From NCBI GenBank assembly GCA_004524445.1, contig SDNP01000004.1, forward strand, positions 1-64,000: a DNA stretch of 64,000 nt, given 5' to 3'. Source of the DNA: Candidatus Thorarchaeota archaeon. Its GTDB lineage: Archaea > Asgardarchaeota > Thorarchaeia > Thorarchaeales > Thorarchaeaceae. This document shows positions 36,744 to 47,008 of this stretch, piece after piece. The notes below the pieces were generated by a model, which made no database searches, was not told the DNA's origin, and was given only the letters and a program-made list of their open reading frames with translations. The stretch's first letter is position 1; each line of letters begins with the position of its first letter. The position numbers were made by a program, and so were the translations under genes.

Positions 36744-38396
36744 TCAGCGCACCTCCTCCCAAGGCTTCTTTCTATAATCAATCTCTTCATGATCGAGGTT
36801 GCCAACACAAGCATAAGCCCCTTGCAGAACTTCCTCTTGTGAGATGCTGACATCTCTAAGTGGGGGCCTCTTGCCCTTCCAACGTTCCGCAAGATAATCC
36901 AAGACTTCAAGCTGAAACTGAGTCCCTGAGAGGTCCATTTCATCTGCCATTATAGCTGCGGCTTTATACGTACAAAAGGTGGCTTGGCAGGGTCCTGTGC
37001 CAAGTCGCAGTCGACGACGAAGGTCATCCAGAGTCTGCGGGAATTCCTCTTGAATCGCATACCTAACTTCGGCTTCAATAACGGGTTCGCAAGTGCAGAC
37101 TGTCGTCCTCCATGATGGGTTCTCATTGAGAAGTTTCAACACCTTTTGCATCTCAGTACCTCTCCTCGCCCTCATTCTCTCCAATGCGTGCTGAGAAACC
37201 TTGTACTCTTTGGACAAGGAGAGAATATCAATATCATCCTCGTTTCCAGGTAAGGGACGAAGGTGTGTCTTGCATTCAGTATTCGTTCCCAATTTCTCTG
37301 CGACAAGGTCTGTGGCGGCTTCAGCCATATGACGACACATCACTAGCTTCCCACCAGTGAAGCTAATCAGCCCCTCTACACCCTCCGCATCGTGGTCGAG
37401 AATCTCATATCCTCGTGTGACTTCGCCTTCTGGTTTCTTCCAATCAGCTATGAGTGGCCGTACTCCCTCCATGGTCCTGATGATTCTTGCCTCTCTTAAG
37501 GAAGGTACGACCCATTCCATGCTCTTGATCAGGTATTCTATCTCATCTTGAGATGCCACTAGAATGTCTGGGTCCTCCCACGTATCCAATGCGGTTGTCC
37601 CAAGCAATGAAGTATTTTCGTGTGGAAAGAGATAGATCATTCTGCCGTCTAGTGCTCGGGCTATGATTCCAACATTGACTATTCTTCTATCGAAGATCAC
37701 ATGTGCGCCCTTGTTGGGTCGAATCTCTGCAGTTGCCTCTGCAAGTCCAGCAATACGAGGCACCCAAGGCCCAGCAGCATTAACGATTATTTTGGCGTTC
37801 TCGGTTTCGATTTTTCCCTCAAGTCTGTTATAGAATTCAACGCCCGTAACGCCGTTTTCATCCGTCAGTATATCCGTTACTTCACAGTAAGTTCGAATTA
37901 TTGCGTCGTTTCGAGCTGCATCAAGTGCTTGTAGAAGACAAAAGCGGAATGGATCAATAAAGAACTCTTCAAAATACATACTGGCAATGATTTCGGGATT
38001 TAGCTTTGGTTCGATTTTGATAGAGTCTTCGGGGGTGAGAAATAGGACAGGAGGGACCTCCCTCTCCTTTGCCCGCTTCGAGTACTCTTCGGCAAAATTG
38101 CCTCCTGTCGAAAGGTCGCTCATCTTAAGCATGGGTGTTAGGATGGGATTTTTCATTATGAGATGTCGTGCTATTCGATTTAGATGAACCACCTCATCAC
38201 TGCACATATCCACAATCTCTGGCTCGTCCATGTATTTGAGACCTGAAGATATCATACCTGCGCACGTACCTACCGTAGCAGAAGCAATATCCCCTCGTTC
38301 TAACAGCAATGTCTGAAAGCCTCTCATTGCACAGTCACGTGCTACAGCTGTTCCTGTGCTACCACCACCAATGACAATCACATCAAATTCGCTCAA
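36744..38396 (-). CDS. glpA: Anaerobic glycerol-3-phosphate dehydrogenase subunit A
   Basis: IGGGSTGTAVARDCAMRG, NAAGPW, KGAH, GVRPL, GGKL; C-terminal BFD-like CTCE...GPCQATFC. Confidence 0.88.
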   Translation of the reverse strand: MSEFDVIVIGGGSTGTAVARDCAMRGFQTLLLERGDIASATVGTCAGMISSGLKYMDEPEIVDMCSDEVVHLNRIARHLIMKNPILTPMLKMSDLSTGGNFAEEYSKRAKEREVPPVLFLTPEDSIKIEPKLNPEIIASMYFEEFFIDPFRFCLLQALDAARNDAIIRTYCEVTDILTDENGVTGVEFYNRLEGKIETENAKIIVNAAGPWVPRIAGLAEATAEIRPNKGAHVIFDRRIVNVGIIARALDGRMIYLFPHENTSLLGTTALDTWEDPDILVASQDEIEYLIKSMEWVVPSLREARIIRTMEGVRPLIADWKKPEGEVTRGYEILDHDAEGVEGLISFTGGKLVMCRHMAEAATDLVAEKLGTNTECKTHLRPLPGNEDDIDILSLSKEYKVSQHALERMRARRGTEMQKVLKLLNENPSWRTTVCTCEPVIEAEVRYAIQEEFPQTLDDLRRRLRLGTGPCQATFCTYKAAAIMADEMDLSGTQFQLEVLDYLAERWKGKRPPLRDVSISQEEVLQGAYACVGNLDHEEIDYRKKPWEEVR

Positions 38397-38645
38397 GTTC
38401 TAGCAGGCTCCTGAGGTCGCAGGATACGCCTGAATGTATCCAGTGTCTACCTTGCCAGAGAAACCAATTTCCCAATACAAGCGTTTCGGAACGGCCAGAT
38501 AGAGAATCAAGTAATACTGCGGGCTTTTCAAAAGCTATTGCAACAAAAATGGTAGCTCAGCAGACACTATCGTAAATTCAAATAAAAAGGGACATTCTTC
38601 TCGGCAGTATAACTCTAATGAGAACACTCTGTGGGTGAACTTTGA

Positions 38646-38888
38646 ATGCCAAACTATGACCTAGGCACGTTAACAATCATTGACCATGATGTCGAGAAAC
38701 TGACTGATGCGCTTGGAATTCCTGATCACAGGTTTGAGAATCTGGTAGAGAATGCTCAGAAAGCTTATGATTATGAAGACACAATTAGTGAATCTATCGA
38801 GTGGCTTGCGGATAATCTCAGAGGATCAGAGCTTGTATTGGGTTTGGTATTTTTTGGGAGAATCTGGGAACAGCAGAGCGAAGAATAG
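38646..38888 (+). CDS. Small acidic hypothetical protein
   Basis: 80-aa ORF with GGTGA RBS. Confidence 0.65.
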   Translation: MPNYDLGTLTIIDHDVEKLTDALGIPDHRFENLVENAQKAYDYEDTISESIEWLADNLRGSELVLGLVFFGRIWEQQSEE

Positions 38889-38954
38889 CAGCCCGTAGAT
38901 TGCAGCTAATGAATATCCATAGATCTTATACTCACTTTTTCTTAAGAATATGGA

Positions 38955-40412
38955 CTAAGATGTAGCCTCTAGGATTGCAGCCATTTCAGCAATCAACAGC
39001 TTGTTGAAGACTGTATATTGCTGCTGGTAAACTTCAACATTTTCTGGAATTGGCTCCCTCCGTTCTTCAATGTGATACATGTTGTCCACAGCTTCCTCAA
39101 ATGTACCAAAAACACCCGTTCCAACCGCGCCCAAGATTGCTGCTCCAACGGCTGTCGAATCCGATACTCTCGGTAGGACAACAGTCTTGTTTGTACAATC
39201 AGCTTGGATTTGACGCCAGAGCGGAGAGTTGGCACCACCACCATCAATTCGTAGTTCATCAAATTCTAAGTCAAGCATTCCTTCCATCATCTCAAGATAC
39301 ATTTGAATGCTATACCCGTTCGCCTCCATTATAGCTCGTGCCACATGAGCTTTTGTATGCTCGAATCCGAGGTTGTAGAATATTCCTTTCTTGTAAGCCA
39401 TGAATGGAAATATGACGAGGCCATCACTTCCGGCTGGAACCTCCGAAGCTGAAGCTTCAATGATCTCGTAGGCGCTTGCTTCTGACTTTGCAGCGACCTG
39501 AGTTTCCTGCTGGCAGTATTGGTCGCGATACCATTTGAATGCCAAGCCGGTTCCAGGAGTTACCCCCTCCAAAATCCATTTCCCAGGAATTGCAGATGGA
39601 TTGGAAAACATCACATAAGGGTCCTCGACGCATTCATCGGTATGGGTTATGACAAAAGTACCAGTACCCGTTGTGGCTTTGATAATTCCAGTTTCAATTG
39701 TTCCAGTTCCCAAGGCGGAACATTGCTGGTCGCCACTTCCCATTACGACAGTAGTTCCTTTGGCAAGTCCAGTCGCTTTCGATGCTAGATCAGTTATTTG
39801 ACCTAACGTGGTTCCGGGTTCAACAATATCAACGAGCTTATCTCTATTGATGTTCGTCTTTTCGAGCAATTCCTCAGACCATTCTAAGGTGTCATGATCA
39901 ATAGGACCAAAACGTGCGTTTGCAGGTTCACTCACCATCCTTTCACAGAGCCGATAATTGATATAAGCGTCAAGATGGATGAATTTGTCAGCCTCTTTGT
40001 ACAATTTCGGACGCTCATCCATAAACCACATTATTTTGTTTACGCTTTTCCGCGGTCCAATTTGCTCAGCTAGTTCCTTGCTTCGTTCACTGGATCGGTT
40101 ATCTACCCAAGTCACAGTGGGCGCAAGTGGATTGCCGTTCCCATCTACTGGTGTAATGCAATCACGTGTTGTTGTGACTATCGTTGCAAAGACAGAGTTT
40201 GCCCCACCATGATATCCCGTCAGCGCCCTCTGCATGGTATTGCAGGCGGTTCTCCAAAAGGTTTCGGAGAGCTGTTCATGTGTTCCAACATCGCGTGGTT
40301 TCGTGGGATATTCCTCATATGCCTTGCTTAGTTCCTTACCTTCTTCATTCATGAGCACTGATCGTGCGCCAGTGGTACCAATATCGAATACTGCGAAAAC
40401 CCTGTCTGTCAT
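38955..40412 (-). CDS. FGGY family carbohydrate kinase (glycerol/xylulose kinase-like)
   Basis: FDIGTTGAR, WVDNR, GSGDQQ, TGTGTF, DGGGANSPLWRQIQAD motifs. Confidence 0.9.
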   Translation of the reverse strand: MTDRVFAVFDIGTTGARSVLMNEEGKELSKAYEEYPTKPRDVGTHEQLSETFWRTACNTMQRALTGYHGGANSVFATIVTTTRDCITPVDGNGNPLAPTVTWVDNRSSERSKELAEQIGPRKSVNKIMWFMDERPKLYKEADKFIHLDAYINYRLCERMVSEPANARFGPIDHDTLEWSEELLEKTNINRDKLVDIVEPGTTLGQITDLASKATGLAKGTTVVMGSGDQQCSALGTGTIETGIIKATTGTGTFVITHTDECVEDPYVMFSNPSAIPGKWILEGVTPGTGLAFKWYRDQYCQQETQVAAKSEASAYEIIEASASEVPAGSDGLVIFPFMAYKKGIFYNLGFEHTKAHVARAIMEANGYSIQMYLEMMEGMLDLEFDELRIDGGGANSPLWRQIQADCTNKTVVLPRVSDSTAVGAAILGAVGTGVFGTFEEAVDNMYHIEERREPIPENVEVYQQQYTVFNKLLIAEMAAILEATS

Positions 40413-40841
40413 GATATACCACCTGATTTGTTACTAAAATCAGTACTCATGGTGCAATATGAATAATCTGTTTTTCAAAGCTGCAGGACCTTGGCATGGT
40501 TGAATATCATGTCATTGTTGGCTCTTGGCCATTTCCCATCGAGAAGAAGACCAGAAAATACAATACCATACTATAACGGAGTCGTATGAGGTTTGAGCGT
40601 GAAATATCAACAGAAAGGAGATCCATCCTTTGAGTCCCTTAGAAAGCAGGTGATTGAGAAAGCCACGGATTTTGAAAGACAACAAAAAGGCGTTGCCGCT
40701 GCTCTTTGGTTCAAGTAATGTTATGGGAGAACCGATTAAGGCGAACAGAATTCTATTAAAAGGCTTCGAGCAATATCCAGATTAATTAAGCAACTGGAAG
40801 AATAACGACACACAGCTTCGACTCATCTGTGAGGCACAATT

Positions 40842-41774
40842 ATGCTGCAGGACTACCCGATTCATTCTGAGATACAAGAGAATATCTATCTTCTCCGTGG
40901 GAAGAATGCGTCCCGCTTTCCTCAGGCAAACTCAATACTCATTGATGACGAGTTGCTCACCCTCATAGATGCTGGAACACACATTGATCATATCGAGCAT
41001 GCATTGAGGGATATTGGTCATTCGCTTCTTGATATCGACCAAATTGTGCTTACACACTTCCATATAGATCATAAAGGTCACGCTGAACAAATTCGGCAGG
41101 TCTCTGATTGTGAAGTAATTTGTCATCCGCTTGCTGAGGAGGGAATTGCTACATTTGAGGGAATGGTCGACTACTACGGGATTAAGGGGCACAAATTCTT
41201 CCCCGAGTGGAATGACCTCCTTAGTTCCTTTTTGCCTCATATTCGCTCAAACTATAAGGTGACCGGGCATTTTGAAGATCGAAGACCGATTGATTGTGGA
41301 AGTATACAATTAATGCCGATCTACACCCCGGGGCACACTATTGACCACACCGTAATGGGTATTGGCGGGTATGATGTGATGCTGCTGGTTGATATAGATT
41401 TAACGTCATTTGGACCGTGGTACGGTAATGCAGTTAGTGATATCCAAGATTTCAAGAAATCTATGGAAACTATTATCGAATTGGAGCCCACGACCGGAAT
41501 AAGCAGTCATCTTCTTGAGCCAGTCAGTGGTCAATTGGACGCTAGACTGAATACATATCTTGATGAATTTGACCAGAGGGAAAATCGCATCCTCGAATAC
41601 ATAAGAAGTGGAAAGAAGACAATCCAAGACTTGGCGAATAAACCCACTATTTATCCAAGATTCCCAAACAAAGCGTATCGAATTTTTGAGGAATTTATGA
41701 TAAGAAAACACATAGAAGATATGGAGAGAAGAAACATTCTCAGCGTCTGCGACGGCAAACTATCAGTTCATTAG
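40842..41774 (+). CDS. MBL-fold metallo-hydrolase
   Basis: LIDAG, THFHIDH, TPGHT, SSH motifs. Confidence 0.9.
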   Translation: MLQDYPIHSEIQENIYLLRGKNASRFPQANSILIDDELLTLIDAGTHIDHIEHALRDIGHSLLDIDQIVLTHFHIDHKGHAEQIRQVSDCEVICHPLAEEGIATFEGMVDYYGIKGHKFFPEWNDLLSSFLPHIRSNYKVTGHFEDRRPIDCGSIQLMPIYTPGHTIDHTVMGIGGYDVMLLVDIDLTSFGPWYGNAVSDIQDFKKSMETIIELEPTTGISSHLLEPVSGQLDARLNTYLDEFDQRENRILEYIRSGKKTIQDLANKPTIYPRFPNKAYRIFEEFMIRKHIEDMERRNILSVCDGKLSVH

Positions 41775-41798
41775 GATGTGAGCAATCTCACACAGAGC

Positions 41799-41827
41799 GA
41801 GTGAGCGGCAAGTAGCACCACTCACTC
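41799..41827. terminator. Hairpin between convergent genes
   Basis: GAGTGAG...CTCACTC stem, plus TGTGAG-caat-CTCACA just upstream. Confidence 0.4.
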
Positions 41828-41848
41828 TACGGATGCAGTAAGGATTGA

Positions 41849-42649
41849 TTACTTGTGTGAGAAGTCAGGGTCTCGTTTTGAGAGGAACGCATCTACTCCT
41901 TCTTCTTTGTCTTCTGTATCGAAGACCTCAGTAAAAAGATCAACCTCTAATTCAAGATTCTTGCCAACGGGCAAAACCCATGCCGCATTCAATGACTTCT
42001 TGGCAAGTTTAATCGCAACTCCCGGCTTCTTGGCTAAATCCTGAGCAAGACCAGCAGTTTCTTCTCTCAATCTTTCTACTGATTCGAATACTTCATTTAC
42101 CAGTCCCAAACGCTTGGCCTCTTCAGCGATGATTTGCTCCCCAGTAAACACCAATTCTTTAGCCATCCCAAGACCGACCAGCCGAGGCAGCCGTACAGTA
42201 CCACCAAATCCAGGAATAATCCCGAGATTTATCTCAGGCTGTCCAAAGCGGGCGTTAGTCGAAGCATACCGAATGTCGCATGCCATAGCAATTTCACAAC
42301 CGCCTCCTAAAGCGAATCCATTAACACAAGCTATCACAGGCTTTGTCATGGATTCTATTTCGGTGCAAAGGTCTTGACCAGCTTGAGCCAAGGGACGTAC
42401 TGTCTTCGAATCCTTATCCCGGAATTCATTGATATCTGCCCCAGCTGCAAAAGCCTTTTCTCCAGCACCAGTAAGGATGATTACTCTAATCGTATCATCA
42501 TCTTCTGCCTTTTTCATGGCATTTCTCAATTCTTGGACAACAAAGGTGTTCAGCGCATTGTATTTCTGGGGTCTGTTAATCGTGATTGTTGCAATTGACC
42601 CATCAACACTGTAGAGGACTTCATTCTCTGACAATTCATTCTCCTCCAT
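41849..42649 (-). CDS. Enoyl-CoA hydratase (crotonase)
   Basis: NRPQKYNAL, AFAAGADI, GGGCEIA, FGQPEINLG motifs. Confidence 0.92.
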   Translation of the reverse strand: MEENELSENEVLYSVDGSIATITINRPQKYNALNTFVVQELRNAMKKAEDDDTIRVIILTGAGEKAFAAGADINEFRDKDSKTVRPLAQAGQDLCTEIESMTKPVIACVNGFALGGGCEIAMACDIRYASTNARFGQPEINLGIIPGFGGTVRLPRLVGLGMAKELVFTGEQIIAEEAKRLGLVNEVFESVERLREETAGLAQDLAKKPGVAIKLAKKSLNAAWVLPVGKNLELEVDLFTEVFDTEDKEEGVDAFLSKRDPDFSHK

Positions 42650-42806
42650 ATTACTGACCCCGACTTGTTACTTCCACTAAATAAGCATTCTCAAGTGCAT
42701 CGAAACATGATGAACGGAAAAATTCTGATATAGGATGGCACCCTCTAACCTTATTTAGTAGGAATGCCGCTCGGTTTTATGAAAACGGTGTAGCGGTGCG
42801 AGAAAT

Positions 42807-43145
42807 ATGCGGAATCTGAGAACTGACGCTTTGAGAAAATCCTTACTCGCAATGAAAAATTCATTAATCAGTTCTTATGAACTAAAGACTGCAATTCGCG
42901 AAGAGAGTCTTTTTGAAAGAGCCTGGAAAAGAGAAGAGCCAGACTATTTGATATTCTCAGATTATCGCAGAAATGAAGGAAGACGCAGAATCCTTGATGC
43001 CGCAGAAATCATTGATGGAGCATTAGAACAGCTGGAAAGTTGCGATCAAATGGCAGCCTCAAAGCTTTATTTGCAGACGCTAAACGCAGTCGCGCTACTC
43101 ACTAAATGGGCGGGCATTCTTGAATCTAGTGTTAGAGAATCCTAA
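42807..43145 (+). CDS. Hypothetical protein
   Basis: 112-aa helical ORF in an otherwise empty gap. Confidence 0.55.
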   Translation: MRNLRTDALRKSLLAMKNSLISSYELKTAIREESLFERAWKREEPDYLIFSDYRRNEGRRRILDAAEIIDGALEQLESCDQMAASKLYLQTLNAVALLTKWAGILESSVRES

Positions 43146-43158
43146 AAAAGAAGATTGG

Positions 43159-43176
43159 GAGGGGAAAAAACCCCTC
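43159..43176 (-). terminator. Hairpin + U tract terminator
   Basis: GAGGGG-aaaaaa-CCCCTC, then TCTTCTTTTTT on the minus strand after the DUF35 gene. Confidence 0.5.
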
Positions 43177-43182
43177 ATCGTT

Positions 43183-43599
43183 CTATACAAGCCACTTATA
43201 GGTAATTTTGTGCTTATCGATTGTTTCGAATGCGAGCTTCAAGTCCATGCCAACTTCAGGTTGAGACATGAGATTCGTGATATGAGCTGTCAGTCGACAG
43301 CCAGATGGAAATTCACCAATTCCTACGACGTAGGGCGCCTTTGATGCCAAGCTTGCTGGAGCAAAATCCACGATAACATATGACCGTAATTTCGCCTCTC
43401 GCTCGGTGAATTCTTCAAGTTCACATATACTCAGGTCCTTCTGGCAGTGCTCCCGTGGCGGGAGATATTCTGCCCCACACTCTGGACAGACGCTTTTCAT
43501 TAGCCGCTCTTCATCGAGGGCTTCTAGAAAGTCTTGCATGAACGGAGTTACTGCTTTGTCGGTCGCATATCCGAGATAGAGTTCTTTTTCTTCTGCCAT
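43183..43599 (-). CDS. Zn-ribbon/OB-fold DUF35 thiolase partner
   Basis: CPECG..YLPPREHC, APYVVG; adjacent to the thiolase. Confidence 0.88.
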   Translation of the reverse strand: MAEEKELYLGYATDKAVTPFMQDFLEALDEERLMKSVCPECGAEYLPPREHCQKDLSICELEEFTEREAKLRSYVIVDFAPASLASKAPYVVGIGEFPSGCRLTAHITNLMSQPEVGMDLKLAFETIDKHKITYKWLV

Positions 43600-43601
43600 G
43601 T

Positions 43602-44768
43602 TTACCATCCCCTCTCAAAGATAAAGACGTTCACAAATTGCCCTGATTGACCAACATTGTGGGCGAGCCCCAACTGAATATCGTCAATCTGTCTCGATTG
43701 TTCCTCTGCTTCGCCTCGCATCTGCTTGAGAATCTCATAAGTCATAGAAACCCCTGTTGCACCCAACGGATGACCTTTACTCTTCAGTCCACCGTCGCAG
43801 TTAACCGGAATCTTGCCGTCGTGGTAGACCTCCTTGTTCTCAATAAGTTCGCGACCCTTACCGGGCTCAGCAAATCCAAGGTCTTCGTATGCAATTAATT
43901 CAGCGATGGTAAAGCAATCATGGACCTGTGCCATGTCGATATCCTCGGGCCCAACTCCTGCCATCTCGTATGCGGCCTTGCCAGCCCTCACTGCTCCAGG
44001 TATTGATGTAAGTGAGTCACGATCCTGTACCATCATTGCTGATGCGCCAGCACCGATGCCCTTAATCCACATAGGTTCATCGGTGAATTCCTTGACTCTG
44101 TCCTCGGCAGCAATAACGCATGCTGCAGCACCATCAGAGATAAGGCTACAATCGTAAAGATTCAACGGTCTTGCGATGGGTACCGAGTTATGCGCTTCTT
44201 CAAGAGTGACTTCACGCGGTAGATGAGCCTTCGGATTCTGAGCACCATAATGATGCGACTTGACTGCAATTTTGGATAGGACTTCATGCGGCAAGTCATA
44301 TTCATACATGTATCTTGATGCCATCAGAGCATAGAAGGCGGGGAATGATATGCCATATGGGTACTCCCATCGCATATCGCCTGCCTGTGACATATATTCG
44401 GTTGCGGTTGCTGATGAAACGCGGTTCATCTGCTCAACCCCGACCACCAGCATAACATCGTATAATCCTGCTGCAACCATTCCCCAGGCCGCTCTTAGTG
44501 AGGCGGTTCCTGTTGTACAAGCAGACTCGACTCTTAAGTGAGGTTTATCATCTATTCCGAGATAGTCAGCAATCAATGCAGACCCGGCGCCTTGCCCAGT
44601 AAACTGAGAAGCAGCATAAGATAGGATTGATGCATCAATTCTATCTTGCGTTATGCCTTCCTCATAGATAGGTCTATAGGCCTCTGCACAGAGTTCTCTC
44701 ATTGTTGCATCAAAGCGTTTTCCGAATTTGGCGTGGCCCGCGGCCACTACTGCAACTTTTCTAGCCAT
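43602..44768 (-). CDS. Thiolase (archaeal/SCP2-type acetyl-CoA acyltransferase)
   Basis: VESACTTG, QVHDCFT, GHPLGATG, HNVG motifs. Confidence 0.92.
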   Translation of the reverse strand: MARKVAVVAAGHAKFGKRFDATMRELCAEAYRPIYEEGITQDRIDASILSYAASQFTGQGAGSALIADYLGIDDKPHLRVESACTTGTASLRAAWGMVAAGLYDVMLVVGVEQMNRVSSATATEYMSQAGDMRWEYPYGISFPAFYALMASRYMYEYDLPHEVLSKIAVKSHHYGAQNPKAHLPREVTLEEAHNSVPIARPLNLYDCSLISDGAAACVIAAEDRVKEFTDEPMWIKGIGAGASAMMVQDRDSLTSIPGAVRAGKAAYEMAGVGPEDIDMAQVHDCFTIAELIAYEDLGFAEPGKGRELIENKEVYHDGKIPVNCDGGLKSKGHPLGATGVSMTYEILKQMRGEAEEQSRQIDDIQLGLAHNVGQSGQFVNVFIFERGW

Positions 44769-45020
44769 TTCATTTCCTCCATGGGAGAATTCTGTTCGAT
44801 AACACAGCTCCCAATGTGTTTGGTTAATTTATGCAACATCAGGCATCCTGTCTTAAGGCTGTCGGAATCGTGAGGATGAACGAAAAGCGCAGTTCCTATT
44901 TTTAATTTATCAGGCATTGCACAAATTCCTGCAATTATGGTGGTTTTGTCGTATAGTAGGTTTTATTGACTGCCAGAGCTTAGTATTTACTGCAATTCAG
45001 CTAAGGATGAGAGACATGAA

Positions 45021-46268
45021 ATGAGTACATCAAAAGAGAAGATTTGGAAAAAAATAGATAAAGAACATGATGAAATTCTTAAACTGGCTGGTGATTTAAT
45101 CAGATTCCCCAGTGAGAACCCTCCTGGAGACATGACTGAGATTGCCGATTTTGTTGTTGAGTATCTATCGGATTATGGATTGGATTGTGAAACCCATGAA
45201 CCAGAATCTGGCGTGATCAACATTTTGTGCAAACTTGGATCTGGCAAAGAAAAACGCCTGGTTTTGAATGGTCACCTCGACGTTGTGCCTGTTGGTGACA
45301 AAGACGATTGGAGCTTTCCACCGTTCAGTGGGGAGGTGAAGGATGGCTTTCTCCTCGGTCGCGGTGCAAGCGACATGAAAGGAGGAGATACGGGTATCAT
45401 CAGCGCGATGAGGCTTCTTGTTGATTATGAAGATGAGTTGGATGGTACTGTTACGCTCACGCTTGTTCCCGACGAGGAAACCATGGGAGAATTGGGGACA
45501 GGATGGATTTTGGATGAGAAACTGGTAGACCCAACTGCATGTGTGATTGCAGAACCAACCGACCTACCTCTGATAGATATTGGACAGAAGGGAGCTTACT
45601 GGGGAAAAGTCGTTGTTAAAGGCACACCAATTCATGGTAGTCTTTCACCATATAAAGGAGATAGTGCAATTCGAAAAGCCTGCAAAGTCATGGAAAAAAT
45701 GTTCGATATCACCAAAGTCAACGTCGAGGCTCCGGAGGATATCAAGAAGGTTATTGAGGAATCTAAGCCTTTGATTGAAGACTTGATTGGCGAGGAAGGT
45801 GTTGGCATAATCCTGAGTTCACCCACGCTCAATATCGGGATAATAAGAGGAGGCAATAAGGTCAATATTGTTCCTGATAGATGTGAACTCGAATTCGATA
45901 TGCGATTGCCTATTGGTTTTGATGTCAGCAAAGCATCCGGGCATATGGAAGAAATCTTGAAGGACTTTGGTGAAGACGCAGTGCTCGATATTGGCACAGC
46001 GATTGACCCCAATTATACAGCCCCTGATGCCCCAATAGTCACATCGACAATGGAGAATGTTGAGAAGGTTCTTGGCAGAGAGCCTCGAATATTCACACAA
46101 TGGGCTTCAAGTGATGCAAGGCATTTCAGAAATCGAGGAATTGACACAGTACATTATGGACCAGCGATAATCGAGGGTATTCACGGAATCGATGAAAAGG
46201 TAAAAGCGGATGATGTCGTACAGGCAACCAAAGTATACACTGGAGTCGTCCTTGACTACCTTTCCTAA
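45021..46268 (+). CDS. M20 family (ArgE/DapE-like) peptidase/deacylase
   Basis: NGHLDVVP, GRGASDMKGG, DEE, AEPT, HGIDE motifs. Confidence 0.9.
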   Translation: MSTSKEKIWKKIDKEHDEILKLAGDLIRFPSENPPGDMTEIADFVVEYLSDYGLDCETHEPESGVINILCKLGSGKEKRLVLNGHLDVVPVGDKDDWSFPPFSGEVKDGFLLGRGASDMKGGDTGIISAMRLLVDYEDELDGTVTLTLVPDEETMGELGTGWILDEKLVDPTACVIAEPTDLPLIDIGQKGAYWGKVVVKGTPIHGSLSPYKGDSAIRKACKVMEKMFDITKVNVEAPEDIKKVIEESKPLIEDLIGEEGVGIILSSPTLNIGIIRGGNKVNIVPDRCELEFDMRLPIGFDVSKASGHMEEILKDFGEDAVLDIGTAIDPNYTAPDAPIVTSTMENVEKVLGREPRIFTQWASSDARHFRNRGIDTVHYGPAIIEGIHGIDEKVKADDVVQATKVYTGVVLDYLS

Positions 46269-46315
46269 ACTGTCTTGATACTTCATCATGTTAGAGAGCT
46301 CAAATGGGTATCCAC

Positions 46316-46984
46316 TCAGAGGAGCTCTCTGATAACCCTAGCAAGGATAGTACGTGACAGAAGAGCTGGCACGCCAACCTCTCTCTTCATGAAATCACTC
46401 AGCTCATCACTGTACCCGATGCAATCGAGTGCAATAAGGTCGACGCCTTCATTCCGAAATCGTTCTGCAATTCTCTCAATTTCATTCATATCTTGTTCTT
46501 GATAGGGGGAGAGATCTTGGACAAATACTTCAAGATTTTCACGTTTCCATTTCTCAGTCACAACTTTCTTCTGCTCGGGATTGGGTATCAAAACGCCTAA
46601 TTTACCTGATTGAAGAATGCCCTCCAATAATTGCCCCATTAATTCCGATGGTTTTAGCATAATCTTCTTTGATTGGAGTTCAGGAAACTCGCCAGTGCAG
46701 AGAATCGCGATAAAGTCAACTTCTGGCTCCAAATTCTGGATACATTGATTCATTTTTCCAACTATCTTGGAATGACCCAATTTTACTTCTGTCCCATCTG
46801 TCAATCGTGTGACAAGTAGCTCTTCCCCGGGAGAGGGCTCCAAGGCTCTTATTTCCTCCAGCGAGAGGTCATCAAGGGCACCACAGTGGATAGTTTCAAT
46901 ACTGGAGCCAAGAATAGGTTCTACATCTGTCATCACATCAGTTCGTGGTGATTGTCCAATAGTTATCATTGCGACCTTTTTCAT
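46316..46984 (-). CDS. AroM family protein
   Basis: TIGQSPRTD, LVTRLTDG, LCTGEFP, LDCIGY motifs. Confidence 0.85.
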   Translation of the reverse strand: MKKVAMITIGQSPRTDVMTDVEPILGSSIETIHCGALDDLSLEEIRALEPSPGEELLVTRLTDGTEVKLGHSKIVGKMNQCIQNLEPEVDFIAILCTGEFPELQSKKIMLKPSELMGQLLEGILQSGKLGVLIPNPEQKKVVTEKWKRENLEVFVQDLSPYQEQDMNEIERIAERFRNEGVDLIALDCIGYSDELSDFMKREVGVPALLSRTILARVIRELL

Positions 46985-47008
46985 TTGCTTGTCCTCTCTC
47001 TTTGTTGG

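Noticed and set aside
30435-38396. Selenocysteine (UGA) recoding in the Fe-S/redox genes
   Set aside because: All Cys motifs are complete within open frames; no in-frame TGA needs read-through.
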